A program made the position numbers and the translations under genes. From the human T2T-CHM13v2.0 reference genome, Homo sapiens: 64,000 bases of DNA. Of this stretch, positions 48,470 to 62,525 are shown piece after piece. Position 1 is the stretch's first letter, and every line of letters starts with the position of its first letter. The notes beneath the pieces were generated by a model. The model was not told the DNA's origin. It did no database searches and saw only the letters and a program-made list of their open reading frames with translations. The stretch lies in assembly GCF_009914755.1 (NCBI RefSeq), contig NC_060940.1, one strand, 5' to 3'.

Positions 48470-49733
48470 AGCTTTTCATTTATTAACACATCCTTTCTTT
48501 GAGGTTAGTGTTACTGTCCCTTTTTTCCAGATGAGGAAACTGAGTCTCACAGAGTGAAGTGGCCAAGCCATAGTCTCACAGCTGGGACGTGGCAGCATGG
48601 GGAGTGTGAGCTGGGTATGCACGATTGGCAAGCCTCTACCCTTTGTCACTGTCAGTCACACCAACATGAAGCACTTACAGAGCAGTCTTGAATATCTTCA
48701 GGGCTGGGGCTTTCCAGGTCCTGCATTGTAACTGTGGGTCCTCTGTGCCCCTTGTAAACAAAGCCAGGCTTGGTCACGCTCGTCTTCCACCACTGTGTGT
48801 CTCCTCTGGAGGTCCTCAGAGTATAGAGGCCGCAGCCACTGTGTAAGCCTTGCCGCCACTTTGGCCTCTCAGTGCTTAGATCGGCCATGGGAGCCCTATT
48901 GGTGCTGTCCAAGGTCCTACCCATCTCCCCTTCTTTGAGGTTAATTGAAGAAAGGGCTAGAAAATGGGGCTGGGGAGGGTTAAGGAACTTCTGAGAGCTT
49001 TGACCCCGGCTGAGAAAAGGGGTCTTTGATACCTGTTCGACACGCACTCGGAGCTATCCCGTTCCTAATTTGATTGCCCATGAGCTGAGCCCTTTGTCTT
49101 CATTCATCTAACACACCCAGGATGTTTTGCCTGGACCAGAGAGAAGGGTGAACACAGCCCAGCTTTGGTGCTGGCACTCGCCTGTGAGCGCAGAATCTCC
49201 TGGCTTAGCACACATCACTCAGAAGATAAAGGAGGTTACGGCTTGCTGAGTAAGAACAGGATTTCATGTTTTTTTCTTTTTTATGCATGAGAACTTGCTG
49301 TGACAGAGTTGAGGATGTTTTTCTCACTAGCTCGTTCTGGGAAGACAGGTTGAGAAATTACTAATGCAGCAGGAAACAAGCCGTACTGTCAGGGTTGGGG
49401 GTAAAGCTTGTTTATGACTTTCACATTAAAGGTACAAGCAGAATGGCCTCATCAGTAAGGAGGGCGGCAGTTGTGCAGGCTTGGGTTTGACTCAAGGCTA
49501 TGCCGTTTACTTTATCAGTGATCCTGGATTAGAACCTTTAGGGACTTCATGCCTCTATTTTCCCCTCTGTAAAATGGGACTAATTATAGCCCCTACCTCA
49601 GAGAGTTGCAGAGTTCACACCTAGCACAGAGAACGCACTAACTAGTTTGGCTGTGGCTGCAGCAGGGGTGTATACAGCTAATTTCTGGGTTCCTTAGATC
49701 CAGGGAAGAGCTGGTATTAAGAGGTGTTCAGGG

Positions 49734-50035
<302 letters not shown>

Positions 50036-50841
50036 GAGTTGTTCAGGGCATGGGGGCCGGGGGAGCACACAGCAAGCACATTCACTGAGCATATTTAGGA
50101 GACGATGTAGATTTATCCATGTATCTCCACCCACGGTCAGTCCCTTTCCTCCCAGCTGTTGGTGAAATGGATCTCAGAGGCTGGGACTCTGGGATCTTGT
50201 TAGCATAAAGATGCCATCCCCCTGGCCAGCCCCTAAATTGCTGAGCTTAGAGACCAGACTGCAAGGTGCCAGGCACACCCAAAATAATGTACCTTCTTTT
50301 CACCTCAGGAAACTGGTTAGTGTGGTACATGTTTGGATTTTAGTATAGTGGCTAAGCCAAAGCTCTGTTAGTAAATTCCTACAGGAGCTCATTGGCAACT
50401 TGGTGCATGACAGAAAGAGCAAGACTTTGAGCCAAACAGACCTGGGCTCAAATTCCAGCTCAACTACATAGCAGCCTTGTGAACTTCACCTCTGCCTCAG
50501 CATCCTCATCTATAAAATTGGTGATAGTGGCAGAGATTTCACAGGCTTGTTGGGAGGATTAAAGGAAATATTACCTACTATGGAGCTTCTCGAAGGGAAG
50601 CAATTTTGACTTTGTTTTTACTTCTTTGTTCAAACTCTCACTTCAGTCCCAAAATGATTGAGTTGGCAGCTTAGATATTATTACAGTTGTTTGCCCTACT
50701 TCATGTCTTTTTTAAACATTGGAGCATCTGAAACTTCACTTTGGAAAAAGGGAAGCAGAGTAGGTATTTTTGGCACAATGACCTCTATCCTATGTGGGGT
50801 TTGTTTAAACAAAAAAAAGTAATAAAATATCTCCTATATCA

Positions 50842-51051
<210 letters not shown>

Positions 51052-51157
51052 TTATAGACCAAAATCGTCCTGTCCTGCTAAAGTATAATCGATCTTGGTG
51101 ACAGCTTTCTTCTCAGTGGGCTAAGCAAATTCACAGCTTTCTGCATTTCCCCTTGCA

Positions 51158-51425
51158 TTTTTTATTTTTGAGACGGAGTCTCACTCTGTCACCCAGAATA
51201 GAGTGCAGTGGTGTGATCTAGGCTCACCGCAAGCTCTGTGTTCTGGGTTCATGCCATTCTTGTGCCTCAGTCTCCCTAGTAGCTGGGATTACAGGGATCT
51301 GCCACCACACCTGGCTAATTTTGTATTTTTGTTTTTTAGTAGAGAGGGGGTTTCACCATGTTAGCCAGGATGGTCTCGGTCTTCCAAAGTGCTGACATTA
51401 CAGGCGTGAGCCACTGCGCCCGGCC
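51158..51425 (-). mobile_element. AluY/Sc-like element with an internal deletion
   Basis: 'gcaagctc..gggttcatgccattc', 'gttagccaggatggtctc'; TSD tccccttgca. Confidence 0.9.
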
Positions 51426-52149
51426 TCCCCTTGCACTTTTAAAATGATGTCTGGGAGTAATAACTGAGAATGGTTACTTGGTTTGGTTATCACGTATCTC
51501 CTATGTTGATGCTGTGTAACATACATCTATGATACTTTGTTGGTATGTGATAACATATTGCTTATGCGTGAGGTGATGGGCTAGGAGGCTTAACTGGTCT
51601 TAGCTGAGCTGGCTTCTGTGTCTGGGAATCAGTAGGTGGATGCAGGAGGGCCTTGACTAGGAAGAATGGAAAAACTGGGCTGTGAAACAGAAAGATCCAC
51701 AGATCTTTCATCCTCCTCCCAGGACCAGTGGGCGAGCCTGGGCATGTACATCAGGGAGCACAGACAGGAGAAGCACACCCATATGGGTATCATCCAAGCT
51801 GTGAGCATGTCACATCGCCAAGGGGGATTACAAGGCAGAAACCAGAGTCAGTGGGAGGGCACTGCAAAGTCACGTGGCAAAGAGGGGCACAGAGAACGGT
51901 AGATGGGGCCATTTGTACACTTGCACAGATTAATGACCTGTTCTAAGTGGGAGAAAGGGTGGCTGTGGGCATGTAGCAGTGCTGTGAAATGCTAAGGCAA
52001 GTGATATAAATAGGGAGAAGATAGAACAGACCAGTAATTCGAGCCAAAACCATCCATGAATCCAGAATGGGGCCCAGAAAGACATCACTGTGTATTCTGG
52101 GATAGGGCCAAGTTTAATAGATTGCCCAGAGTCCTACTTGCCTTTACTT

Positions 52150-53250
52150 TCACAAAAAATTTTTAATTTACACAGTGCAATTGACTTTTGCTCTTGTTCA
52201 TGTCTGTGAATTTAAACACATGCATAGATTTGAGTAACCACCATCACCGTCAAGATATAGACCAGTTCCTTCACCCTAAAAAGCTGTTTTCCCCTCATTT
52301 CCTTTCTAGCTGCACCCTCCCCCACCTCTAAGCCCTTGTCCCTCCCCCTCTAGTTTTGTCTTTTCAAGAATGTCACATAAATGGAATCATACTGTAAGCA
52401 ACCTCTTGAGGCTGGCGTCTTTCAGCATGTGTGAGAACCGTCAAGTCGTTGGGTGAGTCAGCAGTGTTTTTATTACTGAGCAGAGTTTGGTTAAATGGAT
52501 ATACCACGGTTTATCTAGTCATAAAGGAATAAAGTTGCGTTGGTTCCAGTTGTTGGCAATTTTGAATAGAGCTAGTGGAAACATTCAAGTGCAGCTTTTT
52601 GTGTGAACAAAAGTTTTCATTTCTGTGCGGCAAATACCTAAGAGTTGAGGACTGGATCCTATGCTAAATGTAAGAAACTGCATTCCCACAGCGTATGAGG
52701 GGCCCAGTTGCTCTGCACCCTGGGCAGCATGTCATACTGTCATGATTCTTTACTGTGGCTGTTCACAAGGATGCAGAATATTTCATCATGGTCTTAATTT
52801 GCATTTTCCTAATGAGTAATGATGTTGAGCATATTTTCATGTGGATGTTTTCCTTTAACACATCCTCTTTGGGGAAGTAAGTAAGTGTCCAAGTATTTTG
52901 CCTGTTCTTAGAAACTAGGCTGTTTGTGGTTTTACAAAGATTTGAGTTTTGGGAGTTCTTTGTATATGTTAGATGCAAGACCTTTGTCGAACATGTGAGT
53001 TGCACATATTTTCTTCTAGTCTTCAGCTTCTTTTCAGTGTCTTTTGCATGACACCTTTTTAATTTTGATGAAATTTACTTTTTGTGTCCCAGATCATGCT
53101 TTTGGTGTCATGTCTACCAATTGTTAGCCTAAACCCAGGTCATAAAGATTTTCTCCTAGGTTTTCCTCAAAGTTTTATAGCTTTACATTTTAGATCTGCG
53201 ATTCATTTTGAGTGGACTTTTGTGTCAGGTCCAAGGATTGGGTCAAGGTT
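52150..53250 (-). mobile_element. Old L1M (L1MC-like) 3' region
   Basis: 'gtaaccaccatcacc..caagatatag', 'ataaatggaatcatac', 'ttaatttgcattttcctaatgagtaatgatgttgagcat'; ORF 52763-53005 is a decayed ORF2-like peptide. Confidence 0.8.
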
Positions 53251-53390
53251 AACCTACTTCCTGTGGCTGACCCGCTCCCCCCACCCCCAGCGTAAGGTCA
53301 AGTGGAGGGAGGACAGGACTAGAGGCATTACGGGGCGGCCCCACCCTCTTGGGACCACAGCTCTTATGATTAAAGAGGAACGTTATCCCC

Positions 53391-53800
53391 TGTATTAATT
53401 TCTTATTGTTGCCCTACCAAATTGGCACAAAGTTAGTGGCTAAAAACTACAGATTTATTCTCCAGCTGCTGTGGAGGCCAGAAGTCCGAGATCCGTCTTA
53501 CTAGGCTACAGTCAAGGTGTCGGCAGGGCTGGCGCCTTCTCGAGGTTGTGGGGCAGAATTTGTTTCGCGGCTTCCTGGCAGCCACCCTATGCCATGGCCC
53601 CTTCTTTGCTTCCCAGCAATTACTCTGGGACCCTGAGATTCCATGGGGTGGACCTAAAGAGTCCAGGATCATCTCCCCATCTCAAAAGCCTGAATGTAAC
53701 CACAGCTGCTGGTCCCTCTTGTTGTAGAAGCTCACATATGAAGACGCTCCAGGGATGAAGAGCTGGGCATCCTTGGGGCACCATTGATCTTACCGCCACC
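53391..53800 (-). mobile_element. MLT1C/D-type MaLR LTR
   Basis: 'tgtattaatttcttattgttgc..cacaaagttagtggctaaaa..tttattctcc..ggaggccagaagtccgagatc..aaggtgtcggcagggctg'. Confidence 0.8.
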
Positions 53801-55399
53801 TCCCCTAGAGTGTCAGGTGCTTGAGGACTGCTCAAGGCTGAGGCATGAGAGAAGGGGCAAAAAGAAACAAGATCGCCTCCACCCTTTCTGAGCAGGAGTG
53901 CCCTTTTCCACTTCTGGACCCAGAGCTGGAGGGCTTCTCTGACAGCCCTGTCTGTTCACCCCCTGCCCACTTTTGGGGTCAGGCTGCCTGTAGTTCAGGC
54001 TGGAGGATGCTACAGGGGAAAAATGGTGAGCTCACTGCGGGTTTCCTGGGACAGCAACAACTGTTCATCTCTGTAGTCTGGCTGCTATTTAGTTTCCTGA
54101 GTTATTGACTAGCTGCCTCATGCATCCACTCCAGGTTTGAAAGCTGCCTTGGAGGGGAGACACAGGGGGAGGTGACCTTACTACATCATACCCAGACCTG
54201 GAACCTCTTCCTCAGTATTGTCTATCCTGAAGTATTATGGAATATTGGTGCATGGAGAGAAGGACTATGGAACCATGTATCATATCTTATCAGGGAGAGA
54301 ATGACAGGAGCAGGGGAATACCACTAACAGTGGGGATGGTCAGCCCTGATGGAGGACTTCTGAGTGCCAGAATTACCTTCTTCATTCTTCACAGAATTCC
54401 CTATGAGGGCAGTTACCATGTGCAGGCTCATTGTACAGATAAAGAAACTGAGGCTCATGGAAGGTCATCAATGTCTCAAAGGACCCACGCTTAGTGCTTG
54501 ATGGAGCCAGGATCTCAGACCCAGACCTCTGTGATCTGAGTCCCAAGTCATAACCATTTCAGCATGTAGTTGTTCATCAGCCTCCCTTTTCAAGCTGCCA
54601 AATTGCTCTCCATGCCAGACCTCAACCCTGAGGTCACAGTCTGGGCCACATCTCTGTCGGGGTCCATCGCATCTTCCTTCAGCCAGCTCCTAATGCAGCC
54701 GTGCTGACACCCGTTTACCACTACCCTGGGGCGGGAGTGGGTTCCTGATTCCTGTCACCTGCTGTCTTTTCCGTACTGTGCCAGCCAGTGCCTGATACTG
54801 ACCTGCGTTTCCAACCCCCTGGAATGGAAAGGTTCAGAGGGCAGGAATCAAGCTCGCCTCTTCCCCTCTTCTCCCAGCTTTGTAGCACATGCCTGGAAAC
54901 CAGTCAATGCTTGATGAATGTTTATGATGATGCAACAGATGTTTTCCACTGATTGCCCACGGTACATCCTGGGCCCACACAAGAGGACGCTGGATCCACT
55001 TCAGAGACTTGGCTTGTCTTATGAGTCCAGAAGGGCTCACGTTTGCAGCACCGCTCTGTTTTTTCTTTTTTTAATTAGTTTGGCAAAGATATTCCTAGTC
55101 ACCAGTTAGTCCAAATCCTGCAATATTGTCTCTTCCCAACGGATCCCTAAATTGAGCCAGCATTTCCAATTCAGCCCACGCTACCTGGGCTCCTGCTGGG
55201 TGTCAGGCCCTGTGCTAAGCCTTTTCCACACAGGGTGTCAAGGAATCTGCAACTCAGAGGGATAGGACCTAGTGTTATTCCCTTTATAGATGAGGAAATT
55301 GAGGCATGGAGAAATGGAGGAACTTGCCCAAGATCACAGCTAGTAAGTTTTAGAGCTGCTGTTAGAGCAAGAGATTGTCTCAAAAGAAAAAGTTAGACC

Positions 55400-55665
55400 C
55401 AAGTTCTATCACCCAGGGTGGAGTACAGTGGCACAGTCTCCCCTCACTACAGCCTTCGCCTCCCAAGTTCAATTTTGTTTCCTCAGCTTCCCAAGTAGCT
55501 GGGATTACAGGGACCCACTACCACACCTGGCTCATTTTTGTATTTTTAGGAGAGGCAGGGTTTCACCACGTTGGCCAGGCTGATCTTGAACTCCTGACCT
55601 CAAGTGATCCACCCGCCTCAGCCTCCCAAAGTGCTGGGATTACAGGCGTGAGCCACGGCACCCAG
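55400..55665 (-). mobile_element. Alu (AluS-type), tail-less with a diverged right arm
   Basis: Antisense dimer lacking a T-tract. Confidence 0.9.
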
Positions 55666-55949
55666 TGTGGGTCTAACACTTAAACTTGTGTTTGAAGGCA
55701 GCGTGTTGGGAACATGGACTTTGGGGCCAGGCTGGTGTTGGTCCCAGTCTTTTACTCTTAAATCTTGTGCATATAAGCACTAGACTATCACTGCCTTTTT
55801 TTTTTTTTTAAACAAAGTATTAGTTAAATCAGCAAGTAAGTGAAGTTAAAGCATCCTGTAAGGTGTGTGGACCCATGAGCAGTACTCAGAAATGCTAAAT
55901 GTCTGAGTCTCTAGAGGTCCCAGAAACATGATTTGAGTAGGGAATCTTT

Positions 55950-56500
55950 GCTTAGCAAAACTATAGAGCCCTACTTCAAATTAGCTTGAAGCAGAAAAGA
56001 AGTACTTACTACTCCTGTAACTATGAAGTCCAGGGACTTGGCTAGCTTCAGGAATGGCTGGATCCAGAGGCTCAAAAAGTGTCACCAGGACCCTGTTGGT
56101 TTCACCCTCAAGCATGTTCTGTCTGGTGGAAAGATGGATCCTGGCAGCTGCGTATCTTATAGATGGTTTAGATCCAGGCCCTGAAGCATAAGTGTTCTCA
56201 TCAGCTCCTGTAGAAGTCCTAGGAAAAATCATATTCATCACGTTGCTCCTGATAGCTGTAGCGGAAATTCTAGAGATTCTGAATGATGCAGCTCTGGGTC
56301 ATCAGCGCATGCATCTGGGTCCGTGCCTGTGGCCCGGGGAATGGAGCACCTTGATTAGCCAAATCTGGGGCAGAGGAGCAGGGTGTTCAGCCCACCTAAG
56401 CTCATGGACTGAACATGATTATCCAGAAGGAGGGGGCCCGATTCACTGAAAGGAGAGAAAGTGGGTGGGCAAACATATGTTCATGCTGCGGGGTCTGGTG
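55950..56500. mobile_element. Old MaLR LTR (MLT1K/L-like)
   Basis: 'gcttcaggaatggctggatccagaggctcaaa', 'gaatggagcaccttgattagcca'. Confidence 0.6.
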
Positions 56501-59299
56501 AACAGCTGTCAGTAAAGCCACAGCCACCTGTGCTGGCGAGTCATTGTGTAAGAAGCTTGTGACACCTTTGGCCCAGACTTCCACGCCCACTGAGCCACGA
56601 GATCACGCTTCCGTGGTGCGTCCCAGTTCATCCTCCCCGATGGAGTGGGCAGTGCCCCAGTGCTCCGCAGCTGGTGCCGTCTGTCTCCAGACGCTCTTCC
56701 AGCCTGCATTCAACAAGCCAGTCGTATCAGAAAATATTAACCACGGGAATTAATGAATTTTGGCATTGCAGTGGAGTTGACTGGGGGAGATTTTCCAAGT
56801 TTATTTTCCAAGATGTATCTGGTGCTCTAGAGATTTCTCCCAGCCCATGAGACAGGGACACCTTCGTATTTGGAAGAGAGAAGCCAGTGGTGGAACATCC
56901 TCTTACCACACTACAAGAGCTTGCGTATTCCTTCATCCTGGATTGCCGAAGGTGGAATCCGGCACCCTCTCGTTCTAAGCGAGGAGCCTATCTGCTGGGA
57001 GAAATGGTCTCAGCCAAGGTCACACCATGGGTTAAATGCAAAAGCCCTGGACTCTAGACCCCGTTGACTCATCACATTGCAAAGCCACAGGAATCACATT
57101 GGTAGGGGTAGAGGTCTTTCTGCAGACTTGGTTGTGGAAGGCTGTTAAGGAAAACAAGTCCATAACCCTATATTCACCGGCATCATTCCTAAGAACACGG
57201 GATGGGAATCGGTGGTGTGCACATCAGCCAAGGCTTCAGAACCGTGACAGCCGGTTCCTCACCACACCAAGATTGAAACTAACTTACCCAGATTGCAACT
57301 CAGGACTTTACACTCTCAGTACGGCATCCAGGCCACAGGGGAAGGTGGACCCCAAAGTCATGAGGCAGGAAAAGTCAGTACTGTTGGAAAGGAGAAGTGA
57401 TGCTGGGGAGTGGAAGGCGTTGTGAGGTGGTTCTGCTAAAACATTATGTCAGCTGGTGGGATTTGGACGTTTCTCTTTCTCTACCCTATCTCATTCTGAA
57501 GAGGCCGATTTTATGATTGGGGTCGGCTGGGGTCTAGATGGCATTTTTCTGTGGGGAATTGTGTGGCCTAGGAACATTCTCTGGAATGTTACAGTGATGG
57601 ATTCATTGTTCTGCAGGCATTTCTTAATGAGTTGTCACTCCTGACTCTGCGTCATGCCTTGGGATCGGCAGGTTCATGTCAGACTGTTTACTTCTCATGA
57701 AGCCTTTGAGAGCGCTGTCACTCGAATTCTCTTCCTCCACCATCCCTTTAATAGGAGGGGAAACCTCGGCCCAGAGAGGTGAAGGGACGTGCTCTGGGTC
57801 GCACAGCTGGTAAACTGCAGAGCCAGGATTCTAGAGACCAAACTCTTGACCACTGCTTCAGCAAGAACTCCTTGGGGAAATGCCCACATGCAGCCAGTGT
57901 CAACACAGCCCCTGGCCTGTGGTCAGTGGGCCAGTAATCAATAGTCATTAGATGTTATCATCATCCCTTGGTCACTGTATTTCCAGATGAGGAAACAGGC
58001 TCAGAGAGATTGAGTAACTTGTCCTAGGTGGCACAGCTAGGAAGCAGCAGATGTCGGCTTCAGTAGCCAGGTCTGTGATGCCCTGCTCCTGTAGCATAGC
58101 CACGAAATGCACTGTGCCAGCCATCAGACCCAGGCTGCAGTAGCCAGCTCTGTGAGGCCCCACTTACCTAGCACAGCTATGAAGTACAGACACTCTGCCA
58201 GCCCTCAGAGAAACAAATATGGTCAATACAAAAAAGGAAGGGGTGGGGCAGGCAATGACAGGGAAAGGGCCTCTGTTCTCAAGTGGCTCCAAAGAGTACT
58301 GTTGAGAAATTGGTTTGCCACTTCGCCCTCTTTACATCTGGAAGACTCGCATCCACCAGAGAAAGGGTGTCACATAGTTCCAAGTACATACAGAGTGACA
58401 ACCCATTGTCACACAATAGGTGTATTGTCCGCTTCCTAACCGGGTCCTGCCTGGCCCCACCCCTAGGATTGTTCCTTCCAGGGCTTGTGGACGGATAGGA
58501 TGCCAGTGACTCTCCTCCTGCAACTGTGGCAAGACCGTGTGTCCTGTCAGAGTGGGTGACCAGGGCCTTTGCCAGCAGACGACTTATGGAGAAACGTTTG
58601 AGTAGATGGAGGAACCCATTTCCTCTGGAATCCAGAGGTACAGAAAGCAAGGGTCTGGCTCTTTTCTTCTGTTCTGAGTCTACACTATGGCCCTTCCCAG
58701 CTTCTAGGCTCCAGGTTAAGGGGAGTGGCTGGTGCAAGGTGGGTGGCCAGAGACGACGTCACCATGAAGCCTTCAGATTTTAACCTGAGATGGAGAGGCA
58801 GCTTTTAAACAGTACCTTTCACCACTAGGCATACAGGGGCCTCCCTACTGACTCTCCAGACCTGTGGGGGAGGGGAGCGGATCACCTCTCCTTGAGAGGG
58901 TGAGCCTAAGCCGTGGGCATTGGGGTGGGGTACCTGGAGCATTCTAGGTGTTCGGGGCTATTAATATTTATGTATTATCCTGACAACTAAGGGCAGGATG
59001 TGTGCTTCAGTGGGCACTGTAGTTTGAACACCTGGATGCCAAAAACAGAAAACAAAAAAACCCACACCCTTGAGTACACATGATGGGAGTGAAGCAGTCC
59101 TGGGTTTGAGTCCCTAGTCTCTCACTTCACTGTGTGACTTTGGACAATGTATTCTCCCCATCCACAAAACAGAGCTAATAACCTCCACCTGGTAACATAG
59201 GGATGGGCACTGGTGCAGGGAATGTAAAGTAACGAGGGACGTAGGAGGTACTCATTGCTGTAGAGGTAAACTTGACCTCTTTTCGACCCTTCGTACAAC

Positions 59300-59626
59300 T
59301 GTATTAGTCCGTTTTCACAGTGCTGATAAAGACATACCTGAGACTGTGCAATTTACAGAAAGAAGGTTTAATGGACTCACAGTTCCATGTGGCTGGGGAG
59401 GCCTCACAATCACCGTGGAAGGCAAGGAGCAAGTCACTTCTTAAGCTCTTTGCATGGCACCATCGATGTGAGCTAGGAAACTCTTCCTTATGAAACCATC
59501 ACATTCACTGTCAGAAGAACAGCACAGGAAAGACTCGCCCCTGTGATTCAATTATCTCCCAATGGGTCCCTCCCATGATACATGGGAATTCAAGATGACA
59601 CATGGTTTGGCTGTGTCCCCACCCAA
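59300..59626 (-). mobile_element. THE1-type MaLR solo LTR, internally rearranged
   Basis: 'tgtattagtccgttttcac..gctgataaagacatacctgagactg..ggactcacagttccatgtggctggggaggcctcacaatc' is the reverse strand of THE1. Confidence 0.9.
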
Positions 59627-59989
59627 GGATAATACAGGTGGAACATAAATGCCAGATTGATCTATTGATAATTATAAACAATTACCAAGAAGAGTGGATA
59701 AATCTTCCTTTTTGAATCCATGTAGACCCACTGTGATTAAAGCTATTATTTTGACTAGAAAACTAAGAAGATAGGAGAAAATTAGACATTTAAACAGCTA
59801 CCTTCCATGCAACAAAGGAAATTTTAAATACAGACAATTAGGATTGCTTTCAAAATATATGAAAATAAAGGGATTAAGATTATACAGTCACCAGTAAGAT
59901 CAGGCTGGTTTGGTTTTTCCAGGGCTAGGAGTGCAGCTGGAAGCCCTAGGAGGATGAGAGCAGGGATGAAGAGAAAATAAATTCCCCAC

Positions 59990-60580
59990 CCCTCCATCCA
60001 CCCATTCCTCCAATTAGTACTTACAGTGCACCATTTCAGATCCTGATAGTTCAACAGCAGATAAAGCATCTGTTTTCATGGGGGACACAGACATTGAATA
60101 GTGAGGCAGACATGCCTATGTGAGGTGGCGATTTCCAGTGAAAAGACAGGAAATGACATCACAGTCATCACAGAGGGAAAGAAGCCTGCTGGGGATGTGC
60201 TGTTTATGGTCTAGGAAGATGACAGGGATAGTTTGACCCGAAGTGGAGACCTGAGGCAGGGAGCCAGGCAGTGGACACAGCAGGTGCAAAGGTCCTGCAG
60301 CCTTGAAGAGTTGGCCCCTGGGAGAAACAGCAAGGAAGCCAGGGTAGCCCAGGAACAGAGAGGCCTTGCAGCCAAGGGAACTCTAGCTGCCATGTGGAGT
60401 CAGCAAAGGGTAGAGCTTTGTTATGGGTGATAGAACAGGTAGTTAGGGGACCATGTGGGCACCCCGGGGAGAGGGGATGGTGCCTCAGGCAGCCTGGGAA
60501 GGGGTATTCTCAAAGTAGAACTACCAGAACTTGCTGGTTTCAATGTGGGTGTGAGAGAAAGAGGAACTGGAAGAACAGAG
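59990..60580 (-). mobile_element. L2 remnant
   Basis: 'gcaggtgcaaaggtcctgcagc..ggagaaacagcaaggaagccagggtagc'. Confidence 0.6.
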
Positions 60581-62249
60581 TCCTGAGCTGTGGTTAACAT
60601 CCCCCTCCCTCACGAGGATTAAATACACCCCCACGAAGTCAGCCTCAGCACCACTAAGCTGTCCCATGGGATGGAGATATGATTCCCACCCCAAGCACCA
60701 TCTCCTGTAATAAAACCTGGCCCCCGCGTTCCTGTCTGGGATCTGCATAGCATGGCACCCATCACTGCCCCTCTAAGCCTCCTCCTGTGAAGCTGCAGCT
60801 GCTCACACTTGCCTGGCTACCGAACAGAATGGGCTCAAGAATGCTCTGCAGGGACAGCCTTACTGAGCCCCAGATTCCAAACTGGAGTTTAGCAAAATGA
60901 GCCACTTCCTTCAGCAGCAGTTCTAGGGCTGTATAGGAGCTGCTCTTAGGGGTTCAGGGATACCTCAATTCCCAGTCTGCCCTCAAGGTGCTCAGTCTTT
61001 TGGGAGACAGCATGGCACAGGGGTCTCGAGTGAACGTGGCATCCTGGACTTTTGCACTGCTCATATTGGTAAGGCAAGCACCACCCCTGGCACACACACG
61101 GTCAGGCATGACATAAAAAGATGTTGCTAAGGGACATTGAGGTCTATTTCTTGGGACAAGTAGGAATTTTCTATCCCTGTTCATTCTTCATCTTGGCCAC
61201 ACACATTTGCTCTCTTGCTCATCCCACAGCGCCTCCCACAAGGCCACGCTGGATCCTGCCACAGTGTTAGGTTACATTTCCTTCCTTCTGGCTCACCAGA
61301 TGTGGACCTGACTGGGAAGGCTGGAAGCTACTGTCCCTGGAGCCCTACTCTCCTGGCTTGGTGCCTCCATGGGGAATGACAGTGGGCACTCTGCACCCAC
61401 ATGGAAGGGAGTCCCACACCTTCTAAGGTCTCCTTTGTAACCTACCTCTGGCTCCCCACTGTGCCACATCCCTGTACCATGGCATCTGTGTCTTTTGGAC
61501 AGCACCGGGCTTTCAGGATGACTAGTCACGGTTGTCTTGTCTGGACCAGATGCTTTGAGGGTGCAGCCTTCTGGGAATTCCCTCTAGGGATTTTCTATGA
61601 TGCTGGCTTCCCTGTAAGTCCCACTCCAGGCCCGGGTACTCTGTCCAAGCCCCACAGCAGAAGAGGCTCTTCAGGGGCCTCATTTGGTGTCAACTCAGCA
61701 AGAAGTGAAGTTTAAAGCCCAGAGCACTGCAGGGCATTGTACTGGTGTAGGAGGGGTACATCCAGGGCTCCAAGGTGTTTTCTGTGCTGAGCTCATCTCT
61801 CATCCCCCAGCCACCACAGTGCTGGGTCATAGCTGGGCTGTTGTTTTCCTATGGCAGGCCCAGCCCTGTCTAGCTCTCAGTTCCTCTGCTCTGCAGCCAG
61901 GGCCCTTGGCCTGAACCCTACACATAGCAGCACTCACTCGGGCTGTAGGTATTCTTCAGTACCTGCTATGGCCTGGCATTTAGGGAACTCTCAAGCAACA
62001 GCACAAGTGAGGCCCCTGCTCTCCCGTGCTTTGGGTCCGTTGTAACAGCATAAAAAGCTTGTGGAGTATCTTAGGTGAGTCCACTCTTGCAGCTGGGCAG
62101 GCATCATAGTGTTCGGCTCCCTGTTACAGTGTCATTTCTTGGGGACATAGCAGATGGAAAATTCTGGGGTAGTTTTGATTTAGCAGTTATCACATTTGCT
62201 GTTCATGGAGTGTCTGCAGGGGCTAGGCACCCCTCACGATGCTTGTGTC

Positions 62250-62525
62250 TGCCAGCCATGGTGGCTCATCCCTGTAATCCCAGCACTTTGGGAGGCTGAG
62301 GTGGTAGATCACTCAGGGTCAGAAGTTGGAAACCAGCCTGGTCAATATGACAAAACCCCATGTCTACCAAAAATACAAAAATTAGCCATGGGTGGTGGTG
62401 TGCACCTGTAGTCCCAGCTACTCAGAAGGCTGAGGCAGGAGAATCTCTTGAACCTGGGAGGTGGAGGTTGCAGTGACCTAAGATTGCACCATTGAACTCC
62501 AGCGTGGGCAACAGGAAGATCCTCA
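62250..62525 (+). mobile_element. Alu (AluS-type), diverged, tail eroded
   Basis: Sense dimer. Confidence 0.9.
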
